From Octopus bimaculoides (taxonomy: Eukaryota): a stretch of DNA of 64,000 bases. Positions within the stretch are counted from its first letter, which is position 1, and each line of letters opens with the position of its first letter. Shown in pieces: positions 51,172-64,000 of the stretch. Both the position numbers and the translations under genes were made by a program. The stretch is taken from positions 182,195,697 to 182,259,696 of the forward strand of contig NC_068981.1 of assembly GCF_001194135.2 (NCBI RefSeq), written 5' to 3'. The notes below the pieces were generated by a model, which saw nothing but the letters and a program-made list of their open reading frames with translations, was not told the DNA's origin and did no database searches.

Positions 51172-51984
51172 GTATAACTGACTTTATCTTCTAAAGTTTC
51201 GATGTATTGGTAGCAATGGTCACAACAGTTAGTTAGTTGCACCTGCATGTATATGTTCAGTCAAATATGTTTGTCACTGAATATTGCCATAGTTTTCTCC
51301 CACAATTTAGTTCTACAGCCTTTTAAGTTAATTATGTAATCACCTGCTTATTAATGAGGTTTCTTTCCTGAACATCTCACATATATATATACTATAGCAC
51401 TTAAAAAACCTTGGCTCAGTATTTAGTATAGAACTAAATATTCTAAATAACTACTGCTTAAATGAAATACTTAATGGAAAACTATTAATAAATGTAATCG
51501 ATATTATTCAGTGTTAAATGACCTGAAGATGAGTTGCCAATATTGTATGTTAGTGTACTGCACAATATCAGATATTTGAGAAAATAACTAGAAACCTATA
51601 TATCTTACAAATTGTTCTGGGTGAAAGTTAGTTATTTAAAAGTTAATACTGTGATAGTTAAGTTCAATAGAAATTGTTAGTCATTACTTTAGATTTCTAA
51701 AAAGTACTCATAGGATTGTAATGAATATATGTAAATGTAACTTAATCAGAACTTGTTAATATTATTTAAAATGTTTCAACAAAAAAGTAAATGAACACTG
51801 TAGAAAAACAGTGTGGCTATAGAAAAGAAGTGTGCCTAACGATGTTAAATTTTGATTAGAAAATTTTAGGCATTTGAAAATTATAACTAAAAAAAATTTT
51901 TTTTATCAGTTTATAATATTTAAGTCTAAATCTTTTCTTCAATTAGTCATGAATTATTAGTCACGAATTATTCAATTTATAGAT

Positions 51985-52016
<32 letters not shown>

Positions 52017-52157
52017 CTTCAGATTTTCTCTTTCATAATACCTTAAACAACACACATTAACATAAGAAATAATAGCTATTTTTCTATTTTATAAACAGTT
52101 TATGAAATTCCACCAACTTAGAATCCTTATAAAAATACTAACAAATTTTTCTGGCTA

Positions 52158-52188
<31 letters not shown>

Positions 52189-54220
52189 AGGTGCATTATA
52201 GAAGTCAAGGCATGACAGGGATCTGGTGATAGTAAAAGATTACAGAAAACAAGCACAATATCAGGGAAGCTATTTTTATGCCTAATTCCTGTCCTGTTCC
52301 CCTTTTCTGTTGTCATGATTTTTTTTTGTTCACTTTCATTTCTTGTCTTATACCATTGATGTATACACTGTTTTATTTTTATTTGCTTTATCATAGTAAT
52401 GATATTGAGCATCATTTAGTTATATACACCATATTTACTTGTGTATAAGTTGCACTATTTTACACTTGATTTTAACTGGAAAAACTGCAGCAGCTTACAC
52501 ACAAGTCTGACTTATGCACATGTAAATATGCTGTGTTTATATATATATATATATCTATCTATATATATATATATATTTAATTTTTTCCTTTATTTTGCTG
52601 CTGTGATATATTTCTTTTTTTCTCCCTATTTTAGTAATTAATTTTATTTCGTTATTTTTCAGTAATTTGCATGATCATATATGAATTCTAATAATGTTGA
52701 TTCTTATCTTCATTGTATGTCCAGAAAAGAAAAAAAAAATGCATTTTCATTCAGTTTTGATATACATACGTACGTGTGTGTGTGTGTTGTGAATTATTGT
52801 TAAGTGGTGAACTATTGTTTTACTGAGAGAATGAACTATAATCTAGTCAAAAAGTAATTTGTGACTTTGTTTCAATTTTCAGTGTTTTTTTTTTTTTAAT
52901 ACCTATTCAGAATTGCAAGACTACTGTAGCATCTTTATTCTTCTATATATACAAAGAGAAATCACATCATCATTATCATTTCCAACATCATTATTTCAGC
53001 TATCATACTTTTTTTTTTTATTACTGCATAATTGTGTTTCTATGTAAGCCTTGGATTCACTCAGTCTTCTTTTTATCTTCATCTATTGAAAATACTCTGT
53101 GCAACATGTGGGGAGTGTCTTTTACATCAGTGTTATTTTCTCTCCATACATTGTGTCAACATTACCACCATCATCATCATCATCTGTGTATGATTGTGAA
53201 TATGCTGTATCATTTGTCCCCAATTGTTTTTTTTTTTCCCGTGTTATTGATCAATAATTGAGTCATTATGATTTGAGAAATCATTAAGCAGGCATTGGTT
53301 ACCTTTATGTAACATCTATCAGATATGTTAAACTATTGACTGTGCGTTAAACTGTTGACTTAGTTCTGTATTTAGCAGATTAACTGGATCACATATTGAT
53401 GTTACTACTTAATGTGATTTACTATTACCTGAAGATTAATTTAGTGTATTCATAAACTGCTTTCAGTTGACAGAAAGATAGTTAGCTACATAGGTATCCA
53501 GATACATAGATAAATAACAACTAAGAATTGTATCTATACTAATTTCATTCAATGTTTTGATGTATGTTCGGTCATTTTCCAGAAAGTTGTTGCTGACAAG
53601 GGATCAGGATTCTCCTGTGTTTGTTATTGTTTGGCCCCAGGTCAATAGCAGCCAAGTAAACCTATGATAAAAAGGCTCACATAGGGGCTCCCTTGTTGGG
53701 ATGTGTCCTTAGTTTGTTGTGTATAGATATTTCCAACAGAACTAATTGTTTCTGATATTAGTTCACATATGGCTGTGTAGTTAAGAAGCTTAAGCTTGAA
53801 GTTCAGTCCTACTGCATTCCCCTTTGAGTAAATGTTTCCTACTATAATTTGAGTCAACCAACACTTGATAAGTGTTTCTAATAAACAGAAACTATATAAA
53901 ATATATACAGATGGTGAACACTCTGTAGGATGAAAAACAAAACCTGTCGAAGGATGAACTCAGTAGAGTCCATGGCTGTTCAACATCTGGGTGTGAGAGA
54001 CCCCCTAGTCTTCATTTAAACATCTTTCTAGATGAAGGAAAATTCAGGTGTAAAACCTGTGGTTTTGTTTGCATCCAATGGTGTAGATTAGTTCTTCTTT
54101 TTGGGGAAATGCACACATTGTTCACAAAGTGGGGGTTGGTCCTGTGCAAAACCTTTCCTCACTTTAAAAAGCTTCAGGCATAGGCATCCTTTGATTGTTA
54201 ACATATCTAGTAACCTCCCT

Positions 54221-54480
54221 GAAGGCACATGGCTCAGTGGTTAGAACATCACTCACAATCATGAGGTAGTGAGTTCGATTCCTGGACCAGGCTGTGTGTT
54301 GTGTTCTTGAGCAAGTCACTTTATTTCACATTACTCCAGTTAACTCAGCTGTAGAAATGAGTTGCAACAACACTGGTGCCAAGCTGTATCAGCCTTTGCC
54401 TTTCCCTTGGATAACATCAGTGATATGGGTGACTACTGGTTTTCCATAAACAACTTTGCCCAGACTTGTGCTTTGGAGTT
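54221..54480 (+). mobile_element. tRNA-head SINE (A-related)
   Basis: A-box tggctcagtggtt, B-box gagttcgattcc, CORE-like gttcttgagcaagtcactt. Confidence 0.8.
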
Positions 54481-56046
54481 GAAAATTCTAGGTGCAGTCC
54501 CTTGGTCATTCATGACCAGGTGGGGAGGGGGTCTTTAATAACCTCCCTATTATGTGTTGCATACTATGGCTAGCCATGCCAAAAGTGGCGAAACATTCAT
54601 TGGCCTAAACTTACTGTTTTAAAGTTATGTAAAAATCTGCCCTCAAAATTCCATGTTAATTTATATTCTAAGAAGCTTAATAATGATAAGATTATTTTGC
54701 TAAATTCTTCATTTATTTACAAAATTAATTAAAAGTTAGTGTATTTCAATAGAAATTGGTAACGATAGTGAAGCATCAAATTGTTTGTATTACTTGAATT
54801 TTTTGTCATCAATGTGTGAATTCGTTGTGTTAGCTTCAGGTATGACTGTTGTGATTTTCATGCCTTTCTGAATGATTCAGTAACAGAAAACACATCCAGC
54901 TATATAAATATCACACACCAGCAATATGCAAATATTGAAATTTGCAGTAACCATGTTAGTATGAAATAATACATAAGTAACATGAGGAAACAAATTACAA
55001 AAAAGATTGTTTTACTTGTTTCAGTCATTGGACTGTGGCTGACACTTTATTTCATGTTGCTCCAGTTCACTCAGCTGTAGAAATGAGTTATGATGTCACT
55101 GGTACCAAGCTGTATCAGCCTTTGCCATTCCCTTGTATAACATCAGTGGCATGGGTGACTACTGGTCTTCCATAAACAACCTTGAAGGGTGTTGGTTGAA
55201 TGAATCAATCCAAGCACTTTATTTTTTAAGCTTTGTACTTATTTTATTGGGCTCTTTTGTTGGACTTCTAAGTTGTAGGGATGTAAACAAACAAACATCT
55301 GTTGCCAAGTGGTGGTTGGAAACAAACACACACACTGTTGTTTAAGGGGTTATTTTCACTCCTTCAAATTACGCTCTAACGGCATCTTAAAGAAGGATTC
55401 ATTGGATAATGTAGTCCTAAAAAACTCTAAAAAGTTAGGACAGTCATGGCTGGAATGACTTAAGTTCTACTTGATTCAGGTTGACTAAGGGCTACACATC
55501 AAAAAAGTATAGTCTACCAACAAGCACAGCCATTGCTTTGCGCGCACACACACACACACACACACTCACAACAGGCTTCTTTCAGTTTCCATCTCCTAAA
55601 TCCACTCACAAAGCTTTGGGTGGCATGGAGCTATAGTGGAAGACACTTGTCCAAGGTGTTGTGCATTGGGACTGAACCCAGAACCATATGGTTGGGAATC
55701 AAACTCCTAACCACACAGCCACACCTAAAATTCTGTTACAAAAGTAGAAATTTAAATATCAAGGTTACTAACATTTATTGGTGATTTAACCTTTTTAAAA
55801 AAGGTTTGTTAAAATTCCTCATAATAATTTGGCTGTCTAGTAGTAGTGGTAGTAGCAGAAGCAGCAGCTGCTGTAACTAAGGCTGCTTTCCAACCAATTC
55901 TTATATGCTCTTGCAAATGAGAAATCAATAATATTTTGTTTTCTGTAGATTGCTAGAATTCTGATCGACAACACAGGACCCAAGGGTGTTGTGTGTGTGC
56001 GTGTGCGCGCATGTGTTGTGTGTGTGTGTGCATGTATGTATATATA

Positions 56047-56110
<64 letters not shown>

Positions 56111-56117
56111 TACATAT

Positions 56118-56425
56118 GAAGGCGTGTGGCTTAGTGGTTAGGGCATTTGGTTCATGATCATAAGGTCATGAATTCAATTCCCGGTGACCTGTTGTGTCCT
56201 TGGGCAAGGCATTTTATTTCACATTGCTCCAGTTCACTCAGCTGGCAAATATGAGTAGTACCTGTATTTCAAAGGGCCAGCCTTGTCACACTGAATCTCC
56301 CTAAGAACTATGTTAAGGGTACACATGCCTGTGGAGAGTGCTCACCTACTTGAACATTTATTTCACGAGCAAGCTGTTCCATTGATTGTATCAGCTGGAA
56401 CCTTCATCGCCATAACAAATGGAGT
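56118..56425 (+). mobile_element. tRNA-head SINE, family A
   Basis: tggcttagtggttagg, gaattcaattccc, gtgtccttgggcaaggcatt; body colinear with 413-672. Confidence 0.85.
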
Positions 56426-56438
56426 GTATATGTGTGTG

Positions 56439-56476
<38 letters not shown>

Positions 56477-56604
56477 ACCCATGCTAGCATGGAAGGTGGT
56501 TGTCAAATGACGACAACGACGATGATGGTGAATATATAGATATACGCATATGTGTGTGTATTAATGCTTGTTTTTATGTCAAATCATAATAAAAACGATT
56601 TAAT

Positions 56605-57040
56605 ATTCTTTTCTACTCTAGGCACAAGGCCCGAAATTTGGGGTAGGGTGGGAGCCTATTGATTAGATCGACCCCAGTACGCAACTGGTATTTAATCTAT
56701 CGACCCCAAAAGGATGAAAGTCAAAGTCGACCTTTGCGGAATTTGAACTCAAAACAAAGTTACGTGAAATACTGCTAAACATTTCATCTGGTGTGCTAAC
56801 ATTTCTTATTTCTTTACTACCCGCAAGGGGCTACACACAGAAGGGACAAACAAGGACAGACAAATGGATTAAGTCGATTATACCGACCCCAGTGTATAAC
56901 TGGTACTTATTTTATCGACCCTGAAAGGATGAAAGGCAAAGTCGACCTCAGTGGAATTTGAACTCAGAACGTAGCGGCAGATGAAATACCGCTAAGCATT
57001 TCGCCTGGTGTGCTAACATTTCTGCCTGCTCACCACCTTA
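56605..57040 (-). mobile_element. Two tandem SINE-C copies with different 3' tails
   Basis: Copies at about 56605-56810 and 56812-57040; the second ends in a distinct ttgtctgtccttgtttgtccc...gtagtaaagaaataag tail. Confidence 0.8.
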
Positions 57041-57659
57041 AAAACAACTTAATATTAAACTGATGAATTGCTCAATACTTTTTTTCTGGGGCACATATTT
57101 TTTAAACTTTTACTAGAAGAGGTGTAACAGCTACTTTGATGTTTTGGCCTTCAAGTCTTCATCAGACTTGTAAAAGTCTAGTATTTGTATGTACACACTC
57201 ACACATGTTTTTGTGTAACAGTCAGGAGAAGTACTCAATGCAAATGTGGAGTGCAACGGTTTATACAGACCTGTCTACGACCTTGTTACTTAGGAGTTTC
57301 TGCAGAGTGTAGACTTCTCTGTAGAACTGACTACATACTGCAGAAACTCCAGAATTACACAACCTCCCCACCCCCACCCGTTGGATTGGCCTAAATAAGC
57401 AAAAGCAACAATGACTGCGTTGATTGGGGTGATAGTATAGTTATGGTTTCCTAATGAAGTTTTTAGTTCCTGCTACTGTTGCGTTGTTCTGTTAATGAAA
57501 TATCACTTGTCACCTGACTGCCCATCTGTTGACAGCAGGTGTCAATTGACAATTATAGTGACATAGTTACTACCGTTGGGCTATAGCTGTCGCTGTGTGT
57601 ATGAGCATGCACATACACCTTTGTTGTATGAAACAGTGTTTAGATCATAGTCACAATTA

Positions 57660-58620
57660 TATTGGGTCATCCCATAAATAATGTGGGTTTTTTTATACTT
57701 CTTTTATTTTTCAAAATTAAGATAGACAAAGTTCTTTTTTAATCTAAAATATACTCTCCTTCATTTTTACAATGCTCTTCCATCTATCTGGTAGACTTTC
57801 AAAATTCACTTATCCATGACGAAAAATACTCTTCAAGTACTGTTCTGACCACATCTACAAAATTCATATTTTTTCCGTCCAAATGATTTTGAAGACTGCA
57901 GAATAAATGATTNNNNNNNNNNNNNNNNNNNNNNNNNNNNNNNNNNNNNNNNNNNNNNNNNNNNNNNNNNNNNNNNNNNNNNNNNNNNNNNNNNNNNNNN
58001 NNNNNNNNNNNNNNNNNNNNNNNNNNNNNNNNNNNNNNNNNNNNNNNNNNNNNNNNNNNNNNNNNNNNNNNNNNNNNNNNNNNNNNNNNNNNNNNNNNNN
58101 NNNNNNNNNNNNNNNNNNNNTTATATTGGGTCATCCCATAAATAATGTGGGTTTTTTTATACTTCTTTTATTTTTCAAAATTAAGATAGACAAAGTTCTT
58201 TTTTAATCTAAAATATACTCTCCTTCATTTTTACAATGCTCTTCCATCTATCTGGTAGACTTTCAAAATTCACTTATCCATGACGAAAAATACTCTTCAA
58301 GTACTGTTCTGACCACATCTACAAAATTCATATTTTTTCCGTCCAAATGATTTTGAAGACTGCAGAATAAATGATTATCGGATGGGGCAACATTCGACAA
58401 ATATGGTGGATGGGGCATCATTTCTCATTCAAACTGCTCCATCCTTTGGAATGTCATCCTTGCTGTATGTGGCCAAGCATCATCCTGATGGAAGAACACC
58501 TTTCATCTTGAAACCAAAGATGGTCGTTTTCCTTGTAGCACTGACTTAAACCACACAAGCTACTTGCAGTAGATCTCCTTTGTTATCATTTGGTTCTGGG
58601 GAGGAAGAATTGTACACAGT
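57660..58620 (-). mobile_element. Mariner (DD34D-type) transposon 3' relic; terminal 256 bp present twice around a gap
   Basis: Minus strand reads HQDDAWPHTAR...MPHPPYLSNVAPSDNHLFCSLQNHLDGK..EGEY; TIR ttgggtcatcccataaataatgtggg next to TA. Confidence 0.9.
57913..58120. other. Assembly gap (208 N) flanked by identical sequence
   Basis: 57657-57912 is identical to 58121-58376. Confidence 0.95.
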
Positions 58621-58761
58621 GGTTTGTGTGAGGCTTGGGAAAGTGTTCACAAAATCTCACCCAAAATTTCTGACCTTGTGCCTATATTAGATAATTTTTA
58701 TTATCCTCTTCCTCCTCCTCCTCCTCCTCCTCCTCCTCCTAAAATTGCTAGACTTGTTCCA

Positions 58762-58980
58762 GAGCTGGCAGAATCATTAGCATGCCAGATAAATTACTTT
58801 GCAGCATTTCTTCCAACTTTGTTCTGAGTTCAAATTCTGCTGAGGTTGATTTTGCCTTTCATCCTTTTGTGGGGGTGAATAAAATAAGTATCACTCAAGA
58901 ACTGGAGTTGATGAAATCGTCTCTTCTCTTTCCCCCAAATTTTGTGCCTTGTGCATATAGTAGAAAGGATTATTATGGAT
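58762..58980 (+). mobile_element. SINE-C copy, preceded by (CCT)n at 58711-58740
   Basis: gagctggcagaatcattagc...gaaaggattatt. Confidence 0.8.
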
Positions 58981-59499
58981 GCTTTGGATCTTCAGTTGGA
59001 GATCATCTAAATTGGATCTAAATGGTGAGGTCAATATTCCTGGAAATAAAGAGAAGCAAAGCCAGTCAACTGGACTTCAGGTTTCTAGAAACATTCTTGG
59101 AAACATCCTGCTCATTCATGTTAGTGGATAGTTGGAATAGCTGACAGGTTAAGCCTAGATTTTCCAAATGTACTGAGGTGGACTTAGACCCAGTACTTTA
59201 GGCCATCCAAATCATATTTAGAAACAGTTTTTGTTTTATTAGTGGACAAGAACACTGTTAACATACACAGATTCCAAGTTATTGGGCTTTACAGACCAAT
59301 TTAGATAAAACTCAAATGAATGTCCAGTTTCTGGAAACTAAACGTTTTCTTCCAGACACAGAAAACTTACAGGACCTGATTATTACTATAGATTTTAATT
59401 AACATTAATAATCGCTGTTGTTTAGCCCCAGACCAACTTGATAAAGTAGACCTATGAGCAAAAACATTCCAACTATGACTACCCCATCTGTTTTCCAGG

Positions 59500-60499
59500 T
59501 ACCGTGCCGTAAGGGAAATTTAGCTTCTGTTTCTTGTTGGTCGAACTAATTCACTTTGCAAGCGGTGTTTTCTAGATTAAAAAAAATAATTAAATGTAAA
59601 AGTGAGAAATCTTTTTTTTAAAGAATCGTCATTTCACCCTGAATCGTGTATCAAGTTTCTTGAGATTCTTGTGACAAAACACAATTATATTCAAGTAGTG
59701 AACGTTTTCTTCTTCCCCCACCCTCACCGCCACTAGTTCCTGTTCACATAACCATCCAACTTTTACTTCTACTTCTACGTGTATGTGTGTGTGTATTTAT
59801 CTACCTACTTAGTGAGCGGTGTTATTTCAAGTGGTTATGTATTTTCCGTCCACGCACTGTTGTAATACCGTAATCATGTTTTCATCCTCCTCTTTAACTT
59901 CACAAAACTACTGCCAGCAGTTCATAGTTTGTTTTATGAAAGTATCTCGTGTTAGAGAGAGAGAGAGAGCCAGTCAAGTCAGTCAGTGAAAAAGAGAGAG
60001 AAGCTATTCAAATTATCCAAGCAAGCAATGTTTAGTCTTGCTCCTAGTATTGCTTTCGTTTTCGAAGAAGGAAACTCACTAAGTTAATTAGACAATAAAG
60101 GTGTTCTTTCATTTCTCTTTCTTTCTCTCATTTTTTTTCTTTTTTCTCACTAGCAGTCGCTGTACTTATTTTCCCTCTTCATCATCAGGTTATATGCATC
60201 GCATCTTTTTCATCGTCTGTGCATTACACCATATCTCGCTAGCTTTCAGTCTTTTGTACCTCTCTTTGCTAGTTGTGCACCTTTTTCATCGAATGTGCGC
60301 GCACACACACACCGCAATCTCTCTCCCATATACACGCGGATTTACTCTCAAGACTGCTTGTTACTATTAAATAAGAGACGTGCTTACTATTAAATAAATA
60401 ACACACAATAACAGGAAGCTGACTTCCAACAGTAATAACTTAAAGTTGGCTTATTACCACCGACTATCATTGATCGATACATGTACCCACCTTTCCCAT

Positions 60500-60541
<42 letters not shown>

Positions 60542-62250
60542 TCTTCTACCTTAATGATAGTAGTCGTAGTAGTAGTTTCTTTTACAATATCGTTGATACA
60601 CGCTTACATGCTGCTGCTGTATAATATAAATCGTACTGGACACATGAGCTCAGCTGAGTTACTATCAACACCACCACTATTATAACAAATTAACAACTTG
60701 TCTGCTACTGCTGTCTACCGTCCGTTCGTTTACCCGAAAACTTGAGATCTTCACATAAACACTGCTGGATGAGTGAGTGATAAATTACTTCTATTTCATT
60801 CATTCGTTGTTGATATTTCACCCAACCCCTGGTCGAGCAGGTCTGGGATCACAAGCTTTTCACTCTGTCGCTTCAGACTAAGCGTATCTAGTAGTATCAC
60901 TTATCCGATGTCCTACTGTATTTATTTATTTATTTATTTATTTATTCAGATGGCAGGGTGTGGTTTGAGTGATATTGGTTGTCATTTCTAGCAGATCTAA
61001 CGATCATGTAAATAACCCTTGGTGGTTTATTTTCTGTTCATATTTTTATCATTCTAATCTCCGTATTTTTTTTATTTTGCAGCTCACCCTTTTTGGCGAT
61101 ATCATCTTTTACTTTATAACTACATAACTCTAGATGATCCTCTATGCATGCCTGCATACGTAAATGTATGGATGCATGCATGCATGTAGTATGCATATGT
61201 GCATGGTTTCATACATGTATATTGTATTTATATATGCATCTATGTATGTTCTACGTATGCATGTTTGCATACGTGTATGTGATATGTGTAAACGTATCCG
61301 TGAATGTGTGTACACGAATGTAGTCTATATGTGTACATGCATTTATGTGTATACGCATACATAGATGTGTGTTGCTTTTTAGCTGCAGGTCATCCCCGAT
61401 CAAGTAAACTTATGGCCAAAGATACTCGATTATCCTTGACCGACCTGTTTTTTATTCAGACACACAATACTTTTTACAACATTATCCAACGTGTCTTTTA
61501 TATGTATATATACATTTAAAAAAAATAAAAGGCTGTGATTTGAGAAGATTTAGCTGTTATTTCTATTGTCAAACAGTCTTGTAAAGGCTTCTTTGTTGGT
61601 TTCGTGTATATTGGGTGTGTATATATCTATGTATCTGGGGAGATGTAGAACCCTTTTAACTATATGTGCCGTGTTGTGTTACTCACCGTATCCATAGTTA
61701 TGTGTGTGCGTGCGTGCATATTATGCCGTTATGTATTTGTCTACCAATTTCTACTCGTGTCTGTGTCGTCTTATCTTCAATACCGCCTCTCTTATTCTTT
61801 CAAATGTAAACTATTTCATTTATTTATAGTTCGGCTATTATTACCGTTCCCTTTTCATTTTCTTTTTTTCTCGCAGAAAAGCCATATATTATATTACTAT
61901 ATAATTTAGGCGCGAGCGAACCTCTTAGATTTGGCATAGATAATTTGTCTTTGTGCCCTAACTGTAGAAGTGTTGATGACTACATTCCAGTAGTCGCTCA
62001 CACAATTCCTTAACTCAACCCTAACAATCCTCCACATCCAAGTAACTCATCTATTGTGGTTGATATTATTGTGCATGTGCGTATGTATATATATATATAT
62101 ATATATGGTAATATTTTGACAATTGTGCTATATAAAAATTTTTCACATTGTCAAACTACTGAACCTGCCAGCAACTCTATCTTGAGGTGGCAACTGAATC
62201 TGTTACTAAATTTATGTAAGCATTTATTTTGCTACTACCGCATGTCTCTT
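59500..62250. promoter_or_regulatory. CpG-retaining domain, probable unmethylated promoter region
   Basis: Hand count: about 28 CG in 60001-61000 versus about 2-7 per kb in unique intronic DNA sampled at 14-15, 31-32 and 51-52 kb. Confidence 0.7.
60625..60772 (+). promoter_or_regulatory. Candidate TATA + Inr core promoter and first exon (about 60657-60772) ending ATG-A|GTGAGT
   Basis: TATAAA at 60625-60630, Inr-like TGAGTT with A at 60657 (32 nt later), sole ATG at 60769-60771, consensus donor at 60773. Confidence 0.55.
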
Positions 62251-62341
62251 ATCCCTCCCCTCTATCATACATGTAAATATGTATGTGTGTGTGTGTGTTT
62301 ATATATGTATACACACACACACACAGCAGTCCTTTAAGAGT

Positions 62342-62394
<53 letters not shown>

Positions 62395-62863
62395 AATCTA
62401 AATTCCAATTCTTCAAGATTCTTGTCAACAGTACAGCTGGCAATTAAAAATTGATATTGTAATTAAAGAGTGTAGTAATTATAATGGAAAGAGAAATGTA
62501 GTTGTTGTGATTGTGGGATTTGTGGTGGGAAGAAGGTCTCCAACTTTATTTTACATTTAAACTTTCTTCAGAGACAAAATATCTACAAGAAAACCAAATT
62601 TGCATCTGAAATTTATAAATTTCCTCACCAGATTTTGGGACTTGTCCAAAAAAACAAGTTGGAAAGTGTGTGTGTATGTATGTTGAGTAGGAAGACATCT
62701 TCAATATAATACATGGCATATTCAATATTTCTGGCTGAATATTCCTCAGCAAATTCTCTGATATTTACAAAGAGAATTGGACAAGGTGGTGCAAAATCAC
62801 GTTTTTAAGGCATCTGAATTTTACAGTGTTCAACTAAATTATTCAGAGACGTGAATCTATGTA

Positions 62864-62910
<47 letters not shown>
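62864..62910. repeat. (ATT)n microsatellite
   Basis: Pure trinucleotide run. Confidence 0.95.
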
Positions 62911-62913
<3 letters not shown>

Positions 62914-63800
62914 CCATAACCTATGTTGCTTTGTGTAGTACTCAATTATTTTTTGGCTGTTAGCCTTGTACTATTATATAGATATGTTTGCACTGAAACA
63001 TGCTTGTTTTACTTTTTAATAAGTAGCTTTCAGTAACCATCATCTGGCAGTTTGCAAAAGAGAGGTAAGCAAATGATGATGAATTATTAATCAACAATCA
63101 AACTGGTTGGTTCCAAAAAGATCCCTCGTGGGTCTAATTTCACAGCCAGTTTAAATGCATAAGGGATGTGGGAAGGGGTTTTTTAATCCACTCTCTCCCA
63201 CCTCTGGGACAAAGACATTTTTGACTCCCTATGAAAGGTGAGAGGAATTCTTATGACCCTTCACATTTGCAACTGGTGATGGTGAGCAACTGTTCCCCAC
63301 TCCTCTCTTGCTATGCATGCCTCAGAATATGTTTATTTGTAATAAATATACTTGGATGGCCACACTTGGGTTTTTTCCTTCATTTCTTTCATTCAAGTCA
63401 TTGATCTTCTATAACTGGTTGAGACGTAATTACAAATAACTGAACCTAAAAGCCTACAATGTTTGAACATGAACATTGGACTTGCTAGTAATAGCAGCTA
63501 AATCTCCCTGAAATTTCAAAGAGCCTGCTTATAAAAAGAGAGGTCGGGGACCTGTCACATTGAGAAATGTAACTGTAGATACACTAATTCGAATAAAACC
63601 TGAAACTGTGTGGTTGGGAAGCCAGCTTCTTTCCACGCAATCATGCCTGCATCATTTCATCAGACACAATAACATTTTTTTTCTTCTCTTGTCAACAGCT
63701 TTGGTGACAACATGAAAGGGAACTTCAACACGCTTGCCAGACCTGCTAGAAATAACAGCTAAATCTTCCTCAAATCACACCCCACAATCTTAAATAAAAA

Positions 63801-64000
63801 AGCCTTGTGAGTGGATTTGGTAGACAGAAACTGAAAAGAAGCTGGTCGTATATATATATATATATATATATNNNNNNNNNNNNNNNNNNNNNNNNNNNNN
63901 NNNNTATATATGTGGGTGTGTGTATGTTTGTGTGTCTGTGTTTGCCCTCCCAACATCGCTTGACAACCGATGCTGGTGTGTTTACGCCCCCGTAACTTAG
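63801..64000 (+). mobile_element. SINE-B1, partial, cut by the window end
   Basis: gccttgtgagtggatttggtagacagaaactg, (TA)n hinge with a 33-N gap, tail ccaacatcgcttgacaaccgatgctgg. Confidence 0.85.

Noticed and set aside
52911-53046. Acceptor-like site with about 45 open codons after exon 6
   Set aside because: Low-complexity T-rich sequence, the nearby donor is phase 2 and the frame ends in a stop; not exon-like.
54221-54295. tRNA-like A/B-box sequence as a tRNA gene
   Set aside because: Runs directly into a SINE body and has dispersed relatives; it is a SINE head.
57657-58376. Exact 256-bp tandem duplication of the mariner end
   Set aside because: The copies are identical and directly flank an N gap in an otherwise decayed element; most likely an unmerged contig overlap.
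58624-58827. Poly-Pro ORF (YPLPPPPPPPPPPK) that could pass for a WIP proline-rich exon, even in phase 1
   Set aside because: It is a (CCT)n microsatellite between a SINE-C tail and a SINE-C head, with no polypyrimidine tract, and it ends in a stop within SINE sequence.
3-64000. The many 60-110 aa ORFs with CVCV, HTHT, IYIY or DDDD runs
   Set aside because: Translations of microsatellites and SINE or RTE UTR sequence.

Overview
AT-rich, repeat-dense animal genomic DNA with six assembly gaps. The SINE/RTE/MITE families look like those of an octopus genome (my recognition, not verified by search). The only clear gene is a + strand WIP/verprolin (WIPF-like) actin regulator. Its polyPro + WH2 exon (28162-28356, LRKAVTNDRSAP) is followed by five in-frame symmetric phase-1 exons (111, 342, 684, 807 and 90 nt; about 678 aa). 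These exons are not part of the WIP architecture I know. Each ends in a G|GTA donor with a Trp 7-9 codons before the junction, and two carry extra WH2/LKKT-like motifs. A candidate upstream coding exon (12966-13116) would splice in frame onto the WH2 exon. A CpG-rich block (about 59.5-62.2 kb) holds a TATA/Inr-like promoter whose first exon ends ATG-A|GTGAGT, also phase 1. The rest of the WIP gene (Gly-rich segment, second WH2, Pro-rich body, WASP-binding end) was not found and presumably lies downstream. Introns hold tRNA-head SINEs, RTE and R4/Dong LINE fragments, mariner and hAT relics, MITEs, a Helitron, a Helentron-type HINE and a long hairpin. Repeat family labels (SINE-A, B1, B2, C) are my own, and repeat boundaries are approximate.
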